Virus record (IMG/VR): IMGVR_UViG_3300031867_000005
Coordinates: 32,001 to 96,000 of that record
Strand: one strand, 5' to 3'
DNA length: 64,000 nucleotides
DNA from: a virus
Lineage: Duplodnaviria; Caudoviricetes
Each line of letters opens with the position of its first letter. Position 1 is the first letter of the stretch. Below the pieces are notes generated by a model. That model had not been told where the DNA came from and did no database searches. It was given only the letters and a program-made list of their open reading frames with translations. Below are positions 11,177-24,544 of this stretch, piece after piece. Position numbers and translations under genes: made by a program.

Positions 11177-13669
11177 ATGCAAGATTTCACAGGTTTTCGT
11201 TTTGGTTAGGTTCATTCTGAAGACCTTCATTTAATCGTTGTTAGTTCAAGTAATAGGTATATTAAGACTTTATTGCCTACGCTCAAGGACCATACAACAG
11301 AAGTCCCTGGCGGCAACGGGTCTTATTACTTTGGACAAACTTTTTCGACGCAAGAATTTACTTTAAATATTGCTTTTGATTCAGTTGGAGAAAGAGATTG
11401 GAGAAGAATTTCAAATTTATTTAGTAATGATAAGCCACAAGACTTAGTCTTTGATGAATAGCCATTTAAAACATATAGAGCAAAATTAAAATCAAAACCA
11501 GATTTTAAATTCGTTTGTTTTATTGATAAATCAACTGGTGAACGAATTTATAAAGGTGAAGGAACTTTGAATTTTATTTGTTATTACCCTTATGCTTTTG
11601 GATTTAATAAATACGTAGTCAGGGCCGCGGATTATTATAAATGCTTATAGCCTTCTCAAATTTTAACAGGTGCTGTAAGTCAAAATCCTTATGAAGAAAA
11701 AAGAAAAAGAGAAACAAACTTATGGGGGACTAAAAAGTTTTATAATGTGAATTAGAATATGAAAACTCCTTGGAAAGGAGGCTATCCATCTTTAGAGCAG
11801 GTTCAACAAGGTGAATTATATTTTAATGACCCAGTAACTAATAAAAGAACTATAATTGATACTAGAAGTTATTTTAATAACATTCCCGAATGGGAAATTG
11901 CCGCAAAATTACTTTATACGCCAACTTTAGATTATGATAGAGATTTAATTTTTATGCCTTAGTATAGTAAAACTAATTACTATAATATGGATTTAGGATT
12001 AACTAGAGAAAATGGAGTTATAGGAAGTAGATTATTAGTTTATAACCCTGGCGATGTCCCAATCGATTTTGAACTTAAATTAACTGGAATTTTTCAGAAG
12101 CTTAGAAATTTTGATTAGCATGATAAAGATTATTATAGATTTAGAATTAGTCGTTATAACGTTCAAAGACTAACTATTGAATAGGCTGTAGATTGGTGCG
12201 GCCTTACTACTCATGATAGGGATGAAAATATTAGCTATAAGTATGGAACTAGATATTTTACGATTTTAGAAAATGATGGTGAAGGAAATATTATTAAAAG
12301 AGATTTAAATAAATCACATCCTGAACACACTTATTATGTTGAACCAATTCCGAGAGAAAAATTAGGAGATTTTATTCGTTCTTTTTATTGGCAGACAATG
12401 TAGATTCAATAGTCTTGGAATGAAGATGGCGATTGTCTTGATTTAGGAGATTTGTGTGACTTTTGGGAGAGGGGAAAAGAGTTTGCGAATCAATATGAAG
12501 AATATAGAGAGTAGTGTATTTCAGAAGAGGAAGAGTTTGAATTATATTGGGATACTTTAGATAAAGCTATACTATCTTTATATGAAAAACATTTTCTTGA
12601 TGAAAAAGGAGAGGCTAAAATTCCTTTCTTAACTTACAAATAGTTTAAAGATAATTATATTAATAGAGGTCCTGAATGCTTATATGATGTTAAAGATAAT
12701 AGATATTATGGAGAATATAATTTTAATTTATACACAATCCCAGAGTATTATACTGATGATTATCTTGAAATAAATAATAACGATTTTGACAAAATTCTTA
12801 AGCATAATTGTAATAAAAAAGATTGTAATAGGTTTGTAGAAGAATCCAATTCATCAACTATTAAACCTCTTTTCATTGACTCTGAACGCAGAATGGTGTA
12901 TAATATAAATGAGCCAGAAGTAGATTCAGATGAAAAATTTCATAATTTTTATAATTTTAAACCATCAAAGATTATTTTTAATGATAATATAGAAAGAGGT
13001 CATTGGTTCAAAATTCCGCCAGGCTGGTCTTTAATCGATATAACTCCAATTATAGATGAAGACATGTGGAATAGAAAAAGATGGAATGAAGCAAGACCGT
13101 TTACTTGGGGTGAATCAAATGAAGAATTTAGAATAACATTTGATAAAGCTTATGAACAAGCCGCAAGAAATTATTTATATGAGAATTATGATAGAATTAA
13201 TAATTCCAATTTAATTAAAGAAATTTGGGGAATTACTCTAAATGATAAGGATGAAGACATAACACCATCAATAATTAATTCAGATAAAAGAAAGAAAATT
13301 AAAGAGGAATTAACCCTTGAAGAAATTGAAAGACTAATGCCTTTTAGAAGATGGTTTAATGATAGTTATTATGAAGTAGCTTATGGAGAAGAAAAAGCTA
13401 ATTAGCTAGAAATAACTGACCGTCTTAATACATTCAAGAATAAATTATTAAAAAGAGAATTAACAAATATTGAGTATGGTTTTCTTAAAACATTAAATGA
13501 TTATTGGAGAGTTTCAAAAACTGATATAAATGGATTACCAGCTGGCACAATTGATGATTGGTATTGGTATGCAAATAGTTACATATGGGCTAACTTTCCA
13601 CCAGTTTTTTGGGCTTATACAGATTTATTAAATAATGCACAAATAAAATATACTCCATTATTTTATTAA
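11177..13669 (+). CDS. Distal tail (Dit)-like protein with large insertions, ~830 aa
   Basis: Directly follows the tape measure gene. N-terminus MQDFTGFRFG...LPTLKDHTTEVPGGNGSYYFG, internal VYNPGDVPIDF, C-terminus IKYTPLFY. ORF pieces 11273, 11759 and 12893 share a frame and join through TAG. Confidence 0.75.
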
Positions 13670-13683
13670 GAGGTGAGATAAAA

Positions 13684-16600
13684 GTGAGTATTCAGAAGAA
13701 AGAATACGAATTGAGTGTTTGGAGTGAAACGCTTGGAGAGCATGGACAAAAAAGTGAAAGAAAGGAATATATTATTGGCGCCCATGATATGGAATATCAA
13801 GGTCGGGCAACTGGCATTAAATTTGTAAAAAAGTTAAATGGAACTCATGAATTAACTTTTTAGATGCCAGATAAATGGTATGATAGTGAGAAAGGAGATT
13901 TTGTAAGAAATGAATTTATTGACTAGCTTTTTAATGAAAGGAAGCTTAAATTACATTATAGAGGAGAATGGTATGAGTTTTATATAAAAAGTATTGCTGA
14001 TGCTAAAAAATTTAAATCTTATATAAAAACTTATACTTGTTCTGATGCTTTCATTGATGAACTTAGTAGAAACGGTTACGGGATTACTTTTGATGAAGCA
14101 TTGTATAACAATGTTGAAGAAATGGGAATTTTTACGGAAGAAATTTTAGAAGATAGTGTTTGGTATTACTCTCCAGAAAACAACTGGGGAGATTTTACTG
14201 AATATTCAGAAGAAAAATTATATAAAATACCTATTAAATTTTTTGATAATTTAGAAGCTTATGAATTAAATTATAATATAGATGATGCAAAAGGACAAAT
14301 TATAAATTTAGTTACTAATGAAAAAAGAGATATTGAAATGGGTGATGACTTAGCTAGAGAAAAAGGCTATTATTGGGATTAGATGAGTAATGATGGTAGT
14401 ATTAAACACCCCTTGATTGGAGAAAGAAAAACGGTTGAAAATGATGGGTATATATATGTTTTTATGTCTTGCCTTGATTTTTGTTATAAGACTACAAGCG
14501 ATGATGGATTAATCGCTACAGAAGAAGTGTAGTATTATGGAGATACTAAAAAATTTGCAGTCGCACCAACATCTGTTGACCCATCAGCTTTAATTCAATT
14601 TATGGCCTTTCCGAAAGATGCTATAATTGAAATTGATGAAGCTGGAATGATTGTTAATAAGGATTATCATTATATAATGACAATCGGCCAATGGAATGAG
14701 TATTTAGAATAGACTAGTGATTATTTTTATAAATTTGAAAGTTTAAGCAATGAAAAAAGGAAATATTTTTTAGCAAGGGGAGAAGCTAATAGCAGAATGG
14801 CTTTATCAGAAAGATAGATTACTGGAAATTGGACTGTATATTATGAAGATTATCTTTCTAAAATCGGTGATACTGATGTTTTAACAGGAAAAAAAATTAG
14901 TATTACAAATCATACTGAAATCAATATTACTGATGAAATCGATTAGTATGTAACTGTTTATAATAATAAAAGTAGTGAGTTTAATGATTTGTATGTAAAT
15001 CCTACTGAAAATTGGAAAGAAGGAGAAAATTAGGATAAAGACTCTTATAATTATAGAGTTTGTTCTGTTAATAAAACAAGATAGATAATTCCTCAATTAG
15101 CTAGAAATTTAGTTGAAAATGCTATTGGAATAAAATCAGAAGACGGATGGGCGGTCGCAGCAACAGTTGATAACATTAATATTGGTTCTACAACAATTAA
15201 ATTTATAAAAAAAGAAAACGAAAATATTGGTTAGCTTGAAATTACTCCTACTAGTGATACAAATGATGACAATAAAAGGTATAGAACTATTATAAATTTT
15301 GGTTTAGTGGGGCAAGAATATGAAATTACTGCGGATAAAATATATTGTATTGGAGTAAAGGGAATCTTTGATGATAATGATAAAGTTATTATTGGAAAAG
15401 GAGGAATGATTTCTTCTGGTGAATATAAAGTAGAAGAAGTTTTTTCGCTTAATTGTTTACAAATAAATAATAATTTTTATTTTATAAAATTTAAAAATAA
15501 TATAAAAAATCCTTATTTTGCTATTCAATTATCAAATAATTCAAAAAGTTTAAGATATATAGATTAGGTTTATTTCTTTGAAGCATATACAAAAGGGATA
15601 GACTAGTTTGGGGAAAAAGCTGTATATAAATATAGCGGCCGAACCATTTTTAATGGTATTTTAGACGGCGTTTCTGGAAATAATAATTTTAGTATAAGTA
15701 GATCATATACCGAAGAAGAAATGAGAGAAAGAGTCATATTTGAAAATGATATAATGCCGGGAGATACCTATGAATATAAAGAATATTTTATTCAATAGCT
15801 ATCTGCAAATTCTTACGTAGCGGACACCTACAAACAAAAAGAATTTTTGTCTCCTGATGCACCTGAATTAGAAGATATTGATAATACAAATTTGAGTTAT
15901 AGAAATTTACCTTATAGCTCAAAAGATTTTACTGATGATGATTTAATTATATCTACTAAATATATTGATTTAAATAAATGTCAATATTATAATTTTAATA
16001 ATGAGCTAAAAGCTTGTGATTGTAGCTATGGCAACAAAGATAATTACAATAAATTTTGTATGTATCAAAAATATGGATATTGTCCTTATTTATTCTAGTC
16101 AGAGAAGCACTGTAGAAAGATTAGAACGTTAAAAGGAGAAAAATCAAATAGATTTAATTTGACTTAGGAAATAGGAAAAGTTTTCAAAGTGTATCCATGT
16201 TACTGGATAAATCACGAGGAAAATGGAAAGACAAAAATAAAAGAAAGAGAAGATAAAAATGGAGAAAAATATGAAATGTTAGATAAAAGAGTGTATTATA
16301 TAACAGAAAAGGGCAAGGAAAATAAATTAGGTTTTAGATATGAAATTAATTTATCTAATATTTCAAGAACGATTAAAAGTGATTAGATTGTGAGTAAATT
16401 ATATGTTTAGGATGTTGATAGTAGTTTATCAAAAACTGGGTTAAGTTCTATTAAAACTGCTCCAGATAATATCTCTAAAGATAGCTTTATTATTGATTTT
16501 TCTTATTATATTGCAAAAGGCATGTTATCTGAAAAACAGGTCTATGCTGATTTATATGGAACTAACGAAGGAGATATGGCTTATTTGAGAAAATTAGGTC

Positions 16601-19515
16601 ATTATAACGAAGAATATGATAAAATTTCTAATTTAATAATAAATCTGTCTTCTCAGTCTTTTACTGAATTGGAAGCTAATGTTAAAGTAAATATAGATGG
16701 CATTGAAGCAGCGCAAAAAGAATTATATAAATTAAAAAAATAGGCAGATAAATATAAAACTCTTAATAAAACTATTGAATTATAGCAAGAAATTAGTAAT
16801 AGTAAACAAGAATTAATAAATAGGTATAATGAAGCATATCAAATGAGTATTTAGCAGATTACAGAAGAAATTAATAGTTATACAGAAGCCTAGAAAGAAA
16901 AATTAAAGGAAAAAGTAGCTGAAAGAACTGCGTATATAAAATGGGCTTAGGAAATGTTAGATAAAGAAATATATAAAAACTATATTTAGCAAGCAGAACA
17001 AATATCAATTGATTTTTCAATTATTAGTAAATTGAAAGATCATAAAGTTCCACTTGATTATATAAATTATTTAGAAGAAGAAACATTAAGAATTAATCAA
17101 TTAATAAATAGTGCCCAAAATCAAACTTATTTAAATTATTTAGTTAAAATTAATGAGCAAGTTGCTATTATAAATTAGCTAACAAAAGAATTAATGTGTG
17201 ATGAAAATTATAATTTTGAAAATTTTTTAAATAATAATGAGACTATTTCTGATAATCTTTATGATAAAATTTTTGGAAATTTACCAATTGCAGATTTTAA
17301 AGAAACGGATTGGTATAAAAAACATACATATTTGAAATACGGAATGCTAGGTCAATATAACAGAGAATACCAACAAATTCAAGAGTGGCGAAAACAATAG
17401 GCTGAACATTTGAAATAGATAAATCTTCTATCTTATAGATTTTTCCAAAAATATGAACCTTATTTAAAAGAGGGAACTTGGAGTGATAGTAATTATTTAA
17501 CGGATAACGCATACTATTTCGGGGCGAAAGAAGTAGCCACATAGGGCGCTATTCCAAAAATTGAATATAACATTTCAGTAATCGATTTACAAGATTTACC
17601 AGAATATGAAGAATATGACTTTGATTTAGCTGATACAACTTATGTTGAAGATATAGGTATGTTTGGAATAAATGAGAAAACAGGATTGCCAAATAGATTA
17701 AAGGTTTTAATTTCTGAAATTTCTTACGACTTAGATTAGCCAAAGAATAATTCAATTAAAGTATAGAATTTTACAACTTAGTTCGAAGACTTATTCCAAT
17801 AGGTTAGTGCTTCTGTTTAGTCACTAAGCTTTAACGAAAATATATATAAACGTTCTTCTAATTTTACTTCAAATCAAAGTATTAAAGAAGAAAGTTTATA
17901 GGGAGCATTAGACAATAATAATGTAACTTTATTAAAAACACAAGAAAATAATATTGAATTAGACGCAGAAGGACAATTTGGAAGTGATATAAATAATCAT
18001 AGCAATAAATATAAATTAAATGGATAGGGAATGTTTTTCTCTAATAATGGCGGCCAAAGTTGGGAAGTTGGTGTTGGTCCTAGTGGTATTAATGCTGATT
18101 ATATAAAAGTTGGAACTCTTGATGCTGGCAAGATAAAAATTGTTGATAATGATTATTTATATTTTTTATGGGATAAAGGTGGCATTTTTTCCTTTAGGGA
18201 GCCATAGTCATAGTCAACAAGTGAAAAAATAAATTTTAATGATTATGCCGTTTTTAATAAACATGGGCTATCATTAATTGAAAATGGAAAAATTAGATTA
18301 AGAGCTGGATATAGTAATGTTGGAGAGAATGGTGTCTATAATGTTGAAGATCCAACAACTGGAAATATAGGTTTTTATTTGTTTGATAATTCAGGAAAAC
18401 CTATTTTTTCTACCGAAGGTTCACCCACTGAAGAAGGTGATAATTATAGTGCTAGAATATTATTATCAGGTGAGATGTTAGCATCGGCGACGGCAAATGC
18501 TAATCAACAAATAGAAACTTTTTATTATACTAAAAAACTTTAGCTTATAACCTTAAATATTAAATACACTAAAACGCAAGAAGAAATTATAGTTGAAAAT
18601 ACAGGAGATCTAGAATCATTAGGCACTGCTAATGTTTTTAATGATACAGAAAAAAGCTCTTTCGTTTCCATAGGACTGCATCGATACAATGATATATATT
18701 GCTTTACTGAAGGTGGTAAGTATTATAAATTATTGATTGATAACAGCGTATATATATATTTTTTGACAACTATCAAAGATGGAGAATTCTATCCACCTGA
18801 TAACCAAGATTTAAGTAATGCTTATGGGATAACTTATTATGACAACAATGGACGGAAAGTAGAAACTTATAAGAATACATCTTATCAATATTATGAAATT
18901 GAAAATAATATTAAGATAATTTTATTAGATCGACATTCAAAGTAGACATCAAGTGGAAATACGACAATTTCAACAGGAGTTTTTATTAATAATAAAATTA
19001 TGAATCCTAATGATACAGATGAAGACATAAGGCTTTTTAGTTGCGTTTCTCTTGATAATAAAAGAAAAATAAATAATCTTTTTACAGTGTATAGAGACGG
19101 TCGCCTAATGATAGGAGGAAATTTTGAAGGAGAAGCTGATGACATAATTTCAATTAATGATAAATTACATTGGGATGAATCTAATTAGAGTAATACTATT
19201 AGAATTAAAGATGGACAAATGTATTTAGGAAACGACTCATTAACGAATATGATTAGTGGAGCTGCGGCAAGTCTTCCTAGGCACAGTCATAGTTTTAATA
19301 GACATAATGATTATTATCGTTTTTCTAATGATGGCAGATCGCCATTAACAGGCGAATATAATACTTATTCAGTCGAGCTTGTGATTCCAATGAAGGATTC
19401 CAATGGCAATCCGGTGAATGATCCCAATAATAATCCCGTAACATCTTCAACAACTTTATATATACATGAATATCTGGACGATAGCACAGATTATACCGGA
19501 GAGATAGGAGGTTAA
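13684..19515 (+). CDS. Large tail/baseplate protein (Tal or central-fibre type), ~1940 aa
   Basis: GTG start with GAGGTG RBS. Nine ORF-track fragments (14101 to 19219) share one frame. Tail-type motif GINADYIKVGTLDAGKIKI; position after Dit. Confidence 0.75.
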
Positions 19516-19518
19516 TTA

Positions 19519-19878
19519 ATGAAAATATTAAGACAACAAATTCAATCACTCTTCTCTACTTTAAAAACTTTTGAATAGAATGAAGATTTTTCAATTTCTA
19601 CAAAATACAAGATATTAAAAATGAAGAAAATATTAGAAACAGAATTAAAATGCAATTTAGATTTATTAAACGAACTAGTAAAAAAATATGGAATGACTTC
19701 AGAAGATGGGGAAATTCTTATAAAGAAAGAATTTATGGATAATGTATCTAAGCAAATTAATGATTTTAACAATGAAGAAATAGAACTTCCAAATTTATAT
19801 TTTACAATTGATGAATTATCAGTTGCAAAAATAAATTGGAAAGACCTCGAGATACTACTGCCATTAATTAAAGATTGA
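19519..19878 (+). CDS. Small phage protein following the tail genes (119 aa)
   Basis: GGAGG RBS; extends ORF 19621 upstream through one TAG. Confidence 0.7.
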
Positions 19879-19903
19879 TTTTGTATAATTTATATAAAAA
19901 TCT

Positions 19904-19960
19904 AAATGACCCGTATGAAAGTTTTTGCTTAAAACATAGAACTTTTCATATGGGTCATTT
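19904..19960. promoter_or_regulatory. Long imperfect inverted repeat between the tail module and the six-gene cassette
   Basis: AAATGACCCGTATGAAAG...CTTTTCATATGGGTCATTT. Confidence 0.5.
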
Positions 19961-20027
19961 TCATTTTATAAACCTCTCTTTTTAAAAATTACTTCTAAGT
20001 GTAAGAACGAAAAAGAGGTGATGAAAA

Positions 20028-20444
20028 ATGGCTTATAATTACAATCAACAGCCACAAAATCTTACACCACAACCTTTTCAACAAAATCAGCAAATGCTGA
20101 ATTAGCAAAATGTACAACCATTATTTCCTCAACCGCAAGGCAATGTTTATAATATAAATTCAACTCTTGAAGTTGCAAATGTCCCTGTGGGTGCTGGAGT
20201 ATCAGTTGCACTTTGCTTGCCTGAAAATGTTATGTATATAAAGACAATGTAGAATGGTAATCCGTTATTTTATCCCTATAAAATAACTCCTTTTACTAAT
20301 GAATAGTCGCAATAGGAAGAAAAACCGCAATCTTCTTCTACTACTATTGATTAGTTAATGGAATAGATAAAAATTTGTAATGATAAAATAAGTAATCTGG
20401 AGGCAAGATTGTCCTCAAAACAAAAGAGAGATGATTTGGTATGA
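20028..20444 (+). CDS. Cassette gene 1: protein with Gln/Pro/Asn-rich N-terminus and C-terminal coiled coil (138 aa)
   Basis: GAGGTG RBS; open only with TAG=Gln; absent from the ORF track. ATGA overlap with the next gene. Confidence 0.75.
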
Positions 20445-20674
20445 TAGAAAATTTAACTCAATTAGTCTAGGTTTTAAGGGGCCGCAATCCCCAGGAAATG
20501 GTCATGACAATGATTTAGAATCAAAAAATTAATGACCCGAACATTACTCAATTAGTTCAATTCGCCTAGAAAGGTGATATGAATAGCTTAGTTAATCTCG
20601 CTAATAACATCTGCGCATAGAGAGGAGTTGATTTTAACTCTGAATTTCAAAACTTTATGTCAATGATGAAATAA
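20441..20674 (+). CDS. Cassette gene 2: small helical Gln/Met-rich protein (77 aa)
   Basis: MIENLTQLVQVLRGRNPQEMVMTMIQNQKINDPNITQLVQFAQKGD...; open with TAG=Gln. Confidence 0.75.
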
Positions 20675-20709
20675 GCGTGAAATATAATATTTTTGGAGGT
20701 TATATAAAA

Positions 20710-21666
20710 ATGGAAGAAAAAGGTTTAACAGTTGCGGACGCATTGGCGTTACGTAATGGAGGAAACAACAACGGTGGCTTTGGCTTTGGAGACGGCTCCG
20801 GTTGGTGGGTTATCATTTTAATCCTCTTCTTGATGTCAGGCTTTGGCGGCCGTGGTTATGGGAATAATGGTGGTGGAGACAATACTAACACTGTTTTTGT
20901 TCCTTATGGTAATGGTGGCTTTGGTGGTGGATACAATGGCGGTTGGAGTCCATGTTGCTCACCAGCTACAGCTCAGGGTGTAACTGATGCTTTCAATTTC
21001 AACGCTTTAGATACCGGTGTTAGAGCAACTCATGAAGCGGTTACTAATGGTTTTTATACTAATAATTTAGCAACTACAAATCTTGGAACTGCAATTCAGC
21101 AATCCTTCGGTCAAGCTGCGTTACAAAATTGTCAAGGCTTTAATGGTGTAACTAATGCAATCAACGGAGTAAACAATACTGTAAATCAGGGTGTAAATTC
21201 TATTCAATCCAGTTTGTGTAATGGCTTTAATAGCGTAAATCAGGGTTTGGCAAATAATGCCTATAAACTTTCTGAATGCTGCTGCGATATGAGACAGTCA
21301 GTAATGCAGTCTAATTTCAATAACCAGACTGGTTTCAATACTATTGGAACAGCAATTGCAACTAATGCTTGCGATATTGAAAGAGGTCAAGATGATATTC
21401 GTTACTTGATGGCTCAAAACTAGAGTCAAACAATGGCAGCAATCGATCATGTTGGCGACCGTCTCATTGACTATATGAACAATAGCAAAATGGATGAACT
21501 TAGAACAGAGCTTCAAAATGCTAAATTCTAGATTTCTTAGGCTGCCCAAACTGATGCAATTATCAATCAGTTGCAGCCAATCGCAAAGCCTTCTTGGCTT
21601 GTAAATTCTCCTTATCAATCCTTAAATTATAACGGCGTAAACGCTTGCGGCTGCGGTAATTTTTGA
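20710..21666 (+). CDS. Cassette gene 3: Gly/Asn-rich protein with a transmembrane segment, coiled coil and Cys clusters (318 aa)
   Basis: GGAGG RBS; GFGFGDGSGWWVIILILFLMSGFGG, PCCSP, LSECCCDMR, C-terminal ACGCGNF. Extends past TAG 21421 to TGA 21664. Confidence 0.85.
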
Positions 21667-21678
21667 GAGGTGATATAA

Positions 21679-22095
21679 ATGGCTTGCCCAAATGTATCAT
21701 GTCTTTGCAATAGATTGATTCTTTCTCAAAGTGTAACTTTTGAAGATGACACTTTATTAATTGATATTCCAGCTGGTTCATACGAAAATGGTGAAAAATA
21801 TTGTCTTGTTATAGCACAAGACATTCCAGTTGAAACAACTATTGCCGCAGATGTTGCGATTACGATAGGTGGAGATACCACAACTACTTATCCTTTAGTT
21901 AATAATAATTGCACAAACGTACAAGCTTGTTCTATAAATACTAGAACTCGTTATGCAACAAGAGTATTTACTAATATTGGAGAGGGAGTTTTTAAATTAC
22001 TTGGAAATATAAACTGCTTTAATTGTCGCAGAAATAATGCGGCCGCAGCATTACCAATTCCGACAGTTGAAGCAACAGGAGGGGAGAATGGATGA
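21679..22095 (+). CDS. Cassette gene 4: Cys-rich, beta-strand-rich protein (138 aa)
   Basis: Intact ORF with GAGGTG RBS; MACPNVSCLCNRLILSQSVTF. Confidence 0.8.
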   Translation: MACPNVSCLCNRLILSQSVTFEDDTLLIDIPAGSYENGEKYCLVIAQDIPVETTIAADVAITIGGDTTTTYPLVNNNCTNVQACSINTRTRYATRVFTNIGEGVFKLLGNINCFNCRRNNAAAALPIPTVEATGGENG

Positions 22096-22604
22096 TGAAA
22101 GAACTTTAGAAAAAAGTTAAAAAGGAACTTGATAATATAGCGGAAAAAGGTATCACCTCTTCTAATCTTGAAGTAACAAACAAACTTGTAGATATTTATA
22201 AAGATATAGTAGAAATTTGTGAAAAAGAATAGGGAGGTGAAAACGGCATGTATGATGCTCGTGGACGTGGACGTGACGGCAGATATAGAGACTATGATTA
22301 CGATGATTATAATGCTCGTGGCAGCCGCAGTGGTAGAAGCTATAATGATTATGATAATTATGGACACTACCCATTGGATGAACGCACTGAAAGATACCTT
22401 ACTAGAATAAGAGAAGGCATGGAAAATTATGATGCTGGTTGTTCTCGTTATAGAGATGGCGGTTCTAATGAAAGAATGGTTGAAGGAATTGAAATGACTA
22501 TGGGTGCAATTGTTAATTTTATTGAATCTTTAATGGATATAGCTGAAACTTCTTAGGAAAAAGAAATCGTAAGAAAATATGTTGATAAAATTAAGAAGAT
22601 GTAA
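22092..22604 (+). CDS. Cassette gene 5: helical protein with an Arg/Gly/Tyr/Asp-rich low-complexity linker (170 aa)
   Basis: ATGA overlap with gene 4; in frame with ORF 22248 through TAG codons; ends TAA 22602. Confidence 0.75.
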
Positions 22605-22966
22605 TGTTTAAATACTATAATGCTAATCCTTTTGGACGATTAGTTAATGATTGTACCGTAAGAGCAATTTCTTTAGCAACAAATCAAAGTTGGGACAAGA
22701 CTTATTAGCAATTATCCGATTTCGCTCGTAAAGAGGGGATTACTTTTTCAGAGATAGAATTTATTAACGATTATTTAGCTGATTAGTTTCCACGTTTTTG
22801 TCCAAAAGAACGGATTTATACACTTTAGGATTTTACAAAATTAAATCTTCCTGGTCGATGGTTAGTAACAATGAGTGGACATATAACTTGTGTAATTGAT
22901 GGAGTATGTTATGATACTTTTGACCCGTCAGATAGATATGTGTGGTGTATATATGAAGTAATATAA
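22604..22966 (+). CDS. Cassette gene 6: putative papain-like cysteine hydrolase (120 aa)
   Basis: TAATG coupling with gene 5. NANP...NDCTVRAISLA and MSGHITCVIDGVCYDTFD supply a candidate Cys-His-Asp triad. Confidence 0.65.
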
Positions 22967-23006
22967 AAAAAAAGAGAGACAGTTTTCTGTCTCTCTCTTT
23001 TTTTTT
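22965..23006. terminator. Bidirectional terminator between convergent modules
   Basis: A tract, GAGAGACAG-TTTT-CTGTCTCTC hairpin, T tract. Confidence 0.85.
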
Positions 23007-23724
23007 AAAATTCAATTATTTCTGTTGTCTTATGTTGATGTACGGCCCAACGACAAATTAGAATAGCGTCTGCTTCATCCTAAGTTACACTAACGTCATA
23101 GAAACGTTTAACTTTTAACTATGCACTCTTTTTCTTATCTGACCTTGTTTTGCCTTTAATTTCTGAGAAGGCCCGCCATGTAGCTGGTGCTACAACAGTA
23201 TATGGGAGATTTTGTTCATAGCAATAGTTCTTTAATACTCCCTATAAGTGAGCTAACTTTTTAAAGGTAATAACCCCTTCACTATTTTCTCCAAACTTCT
23301 AGAGCTAAATGTCTTCGAATATAATCTAATCAGGCTACCATTTCTGTATCATACTGGCAATCCAGTATTTTGTTTTTGCAATTCTCTCTGTACTATGAGT
23401 TCCATCAGAGGTCCATTTTCCATATTTAATAAGTGTGTCATTATCAAACACAGCCCACCCAGAAGTTATACTAGCCTAGTCAAAAGCTAAGATTCGATAG
23501 CCGCTTTTCTTAATAGCGATATTATCAACTTTATAATATTGATTCTATTTACATATTGGACATTCAAAATTACCACGTCTCCATTTTTCATAAGAAACAA
23601 AACATTCATGACCTTCAGGACATACAACCTAAAGGTCAGTTTTTAAATTTACATATTCATTTGAAATCAGTTCCCAATTTTTATTTTTAAAGTTCTATCT
23701 TACTTCTTCAATCTTTATTTTCAT
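23005..23724 (-). CDS. RuvC-like Holliday junction resolvase with N-terminal zinc ribbon (239 aa)
   Basis: RILAFDQASITSGWAVFD (Q encoded by TAG), IIFEDIQ, VTQDEADAILI; N-terminal CPEGH...CPIC. Absent from the ORF track. Confidence 0.8.
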
Positions 23725-23729
23725 TTAAA

Positions 23730-24530
23730 TCAACTCTTGCCAGTGCTTCCGAAGCCTCCTTCTCCTCTTTCTGTCTCATCAAGAGTAGAAACTTCTTTCC
23801 AAGCAATCATAGGAACAGGGGAAATAATCATTTGTGCGATTCTGTCACCTTTAGAAATCTTCTGGGTAAGATTCCCAGTGTTTTCCATGATAACGCCTAT
23901 CTCCCCACGATATGAAGGATCTATTGTCCCAATCGAATTGGCAATTCTTAAAGGAGTTTTATAAGACAGGCCGCTACGTGGCCTAATCTGAATTTCATAA
24001 CCCAATGGAATTGCTACCTTAAGTCCAGTCTTGATAATAACAGTCTTATGAGGTGGAATTGTCACGTCTTCAACAGAATAAATATCAGCACCAGCATCAG
24101 AATCATGAGCGTAAGTAGGGAGTATTGCATCTTCTGAAATCTTTTGAACTTCTACCTCAATTCTTTCTCTAGGATTATCAGCTAAAGAGAAAGTCATTTC
24201 CATTGAACTTTTAATTAAACTAATAATCAAATCTTTTTTATTTTCAGAAAGAGTATCATCTTGACTAACTTCTTCAATAAAGGCGTTCAAAGTTAATTTT
24301 GCGTCCTCACGGTCCTGTTCTGTGATCGGATTTATTTTAGCTACGTTAATAATTTCTTTCTGTAAATCTTGATTCATAAAGAACTTTGTAAGCTGTGGCT
24401 TTAGATGTTCATAAGCCCCATCAAATTCTTTATCTGGCAAATCAAGAATTGTTATCATTTGATTAAAGCTTTCTGCTGAACCAGAAACACTCAATAAGGT
24501 TTTTAAACTCTCTTTTACATTATCTTTCAT
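23730..24530 (-). CDS. dut: Trimeric dUTPase with ~120-aa N-terminal extension
   Basis: Motifs AGADI, RPRSGL, GTIDPSYRGEI, RIAQMI, RGEGGFGSTG. Confidence 0.93.
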   Translation of the reverse strand: MKDNVKESLKTLLSVSGSAESFNQMITILDLPDKEFDGAYEHLKPQLTKFFMNQDLQKEIINVAKINPITEQDREDAKLTLNAFIEEVSQDDTLSENKKDLIISLIKSSMEMTFSLADNPRERIEVEVQKISEDAILPTYAHDSDAGADIYSVEDVTIPPHKTVIIKTGLKVAIPLGYEIQIRPRSGLSYKTPLRIANSIGTIDPSYRGEIGVIMENTGNLTQKISKGDRIAQMIISPVPMIAWKEVSTLDETERGEGGFGSTGKS

Positions 24531-24544
24531 TTCAGTTTTCCTCC

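Noticed and set aside
5308-23724. Mass pseudogenisation of tail genes, suggested by the fragmented ORF track
   Set aside because: The fragments share frames and are broken only by TAG where checked, often at conserved Gln positions. Recoding explains this better.
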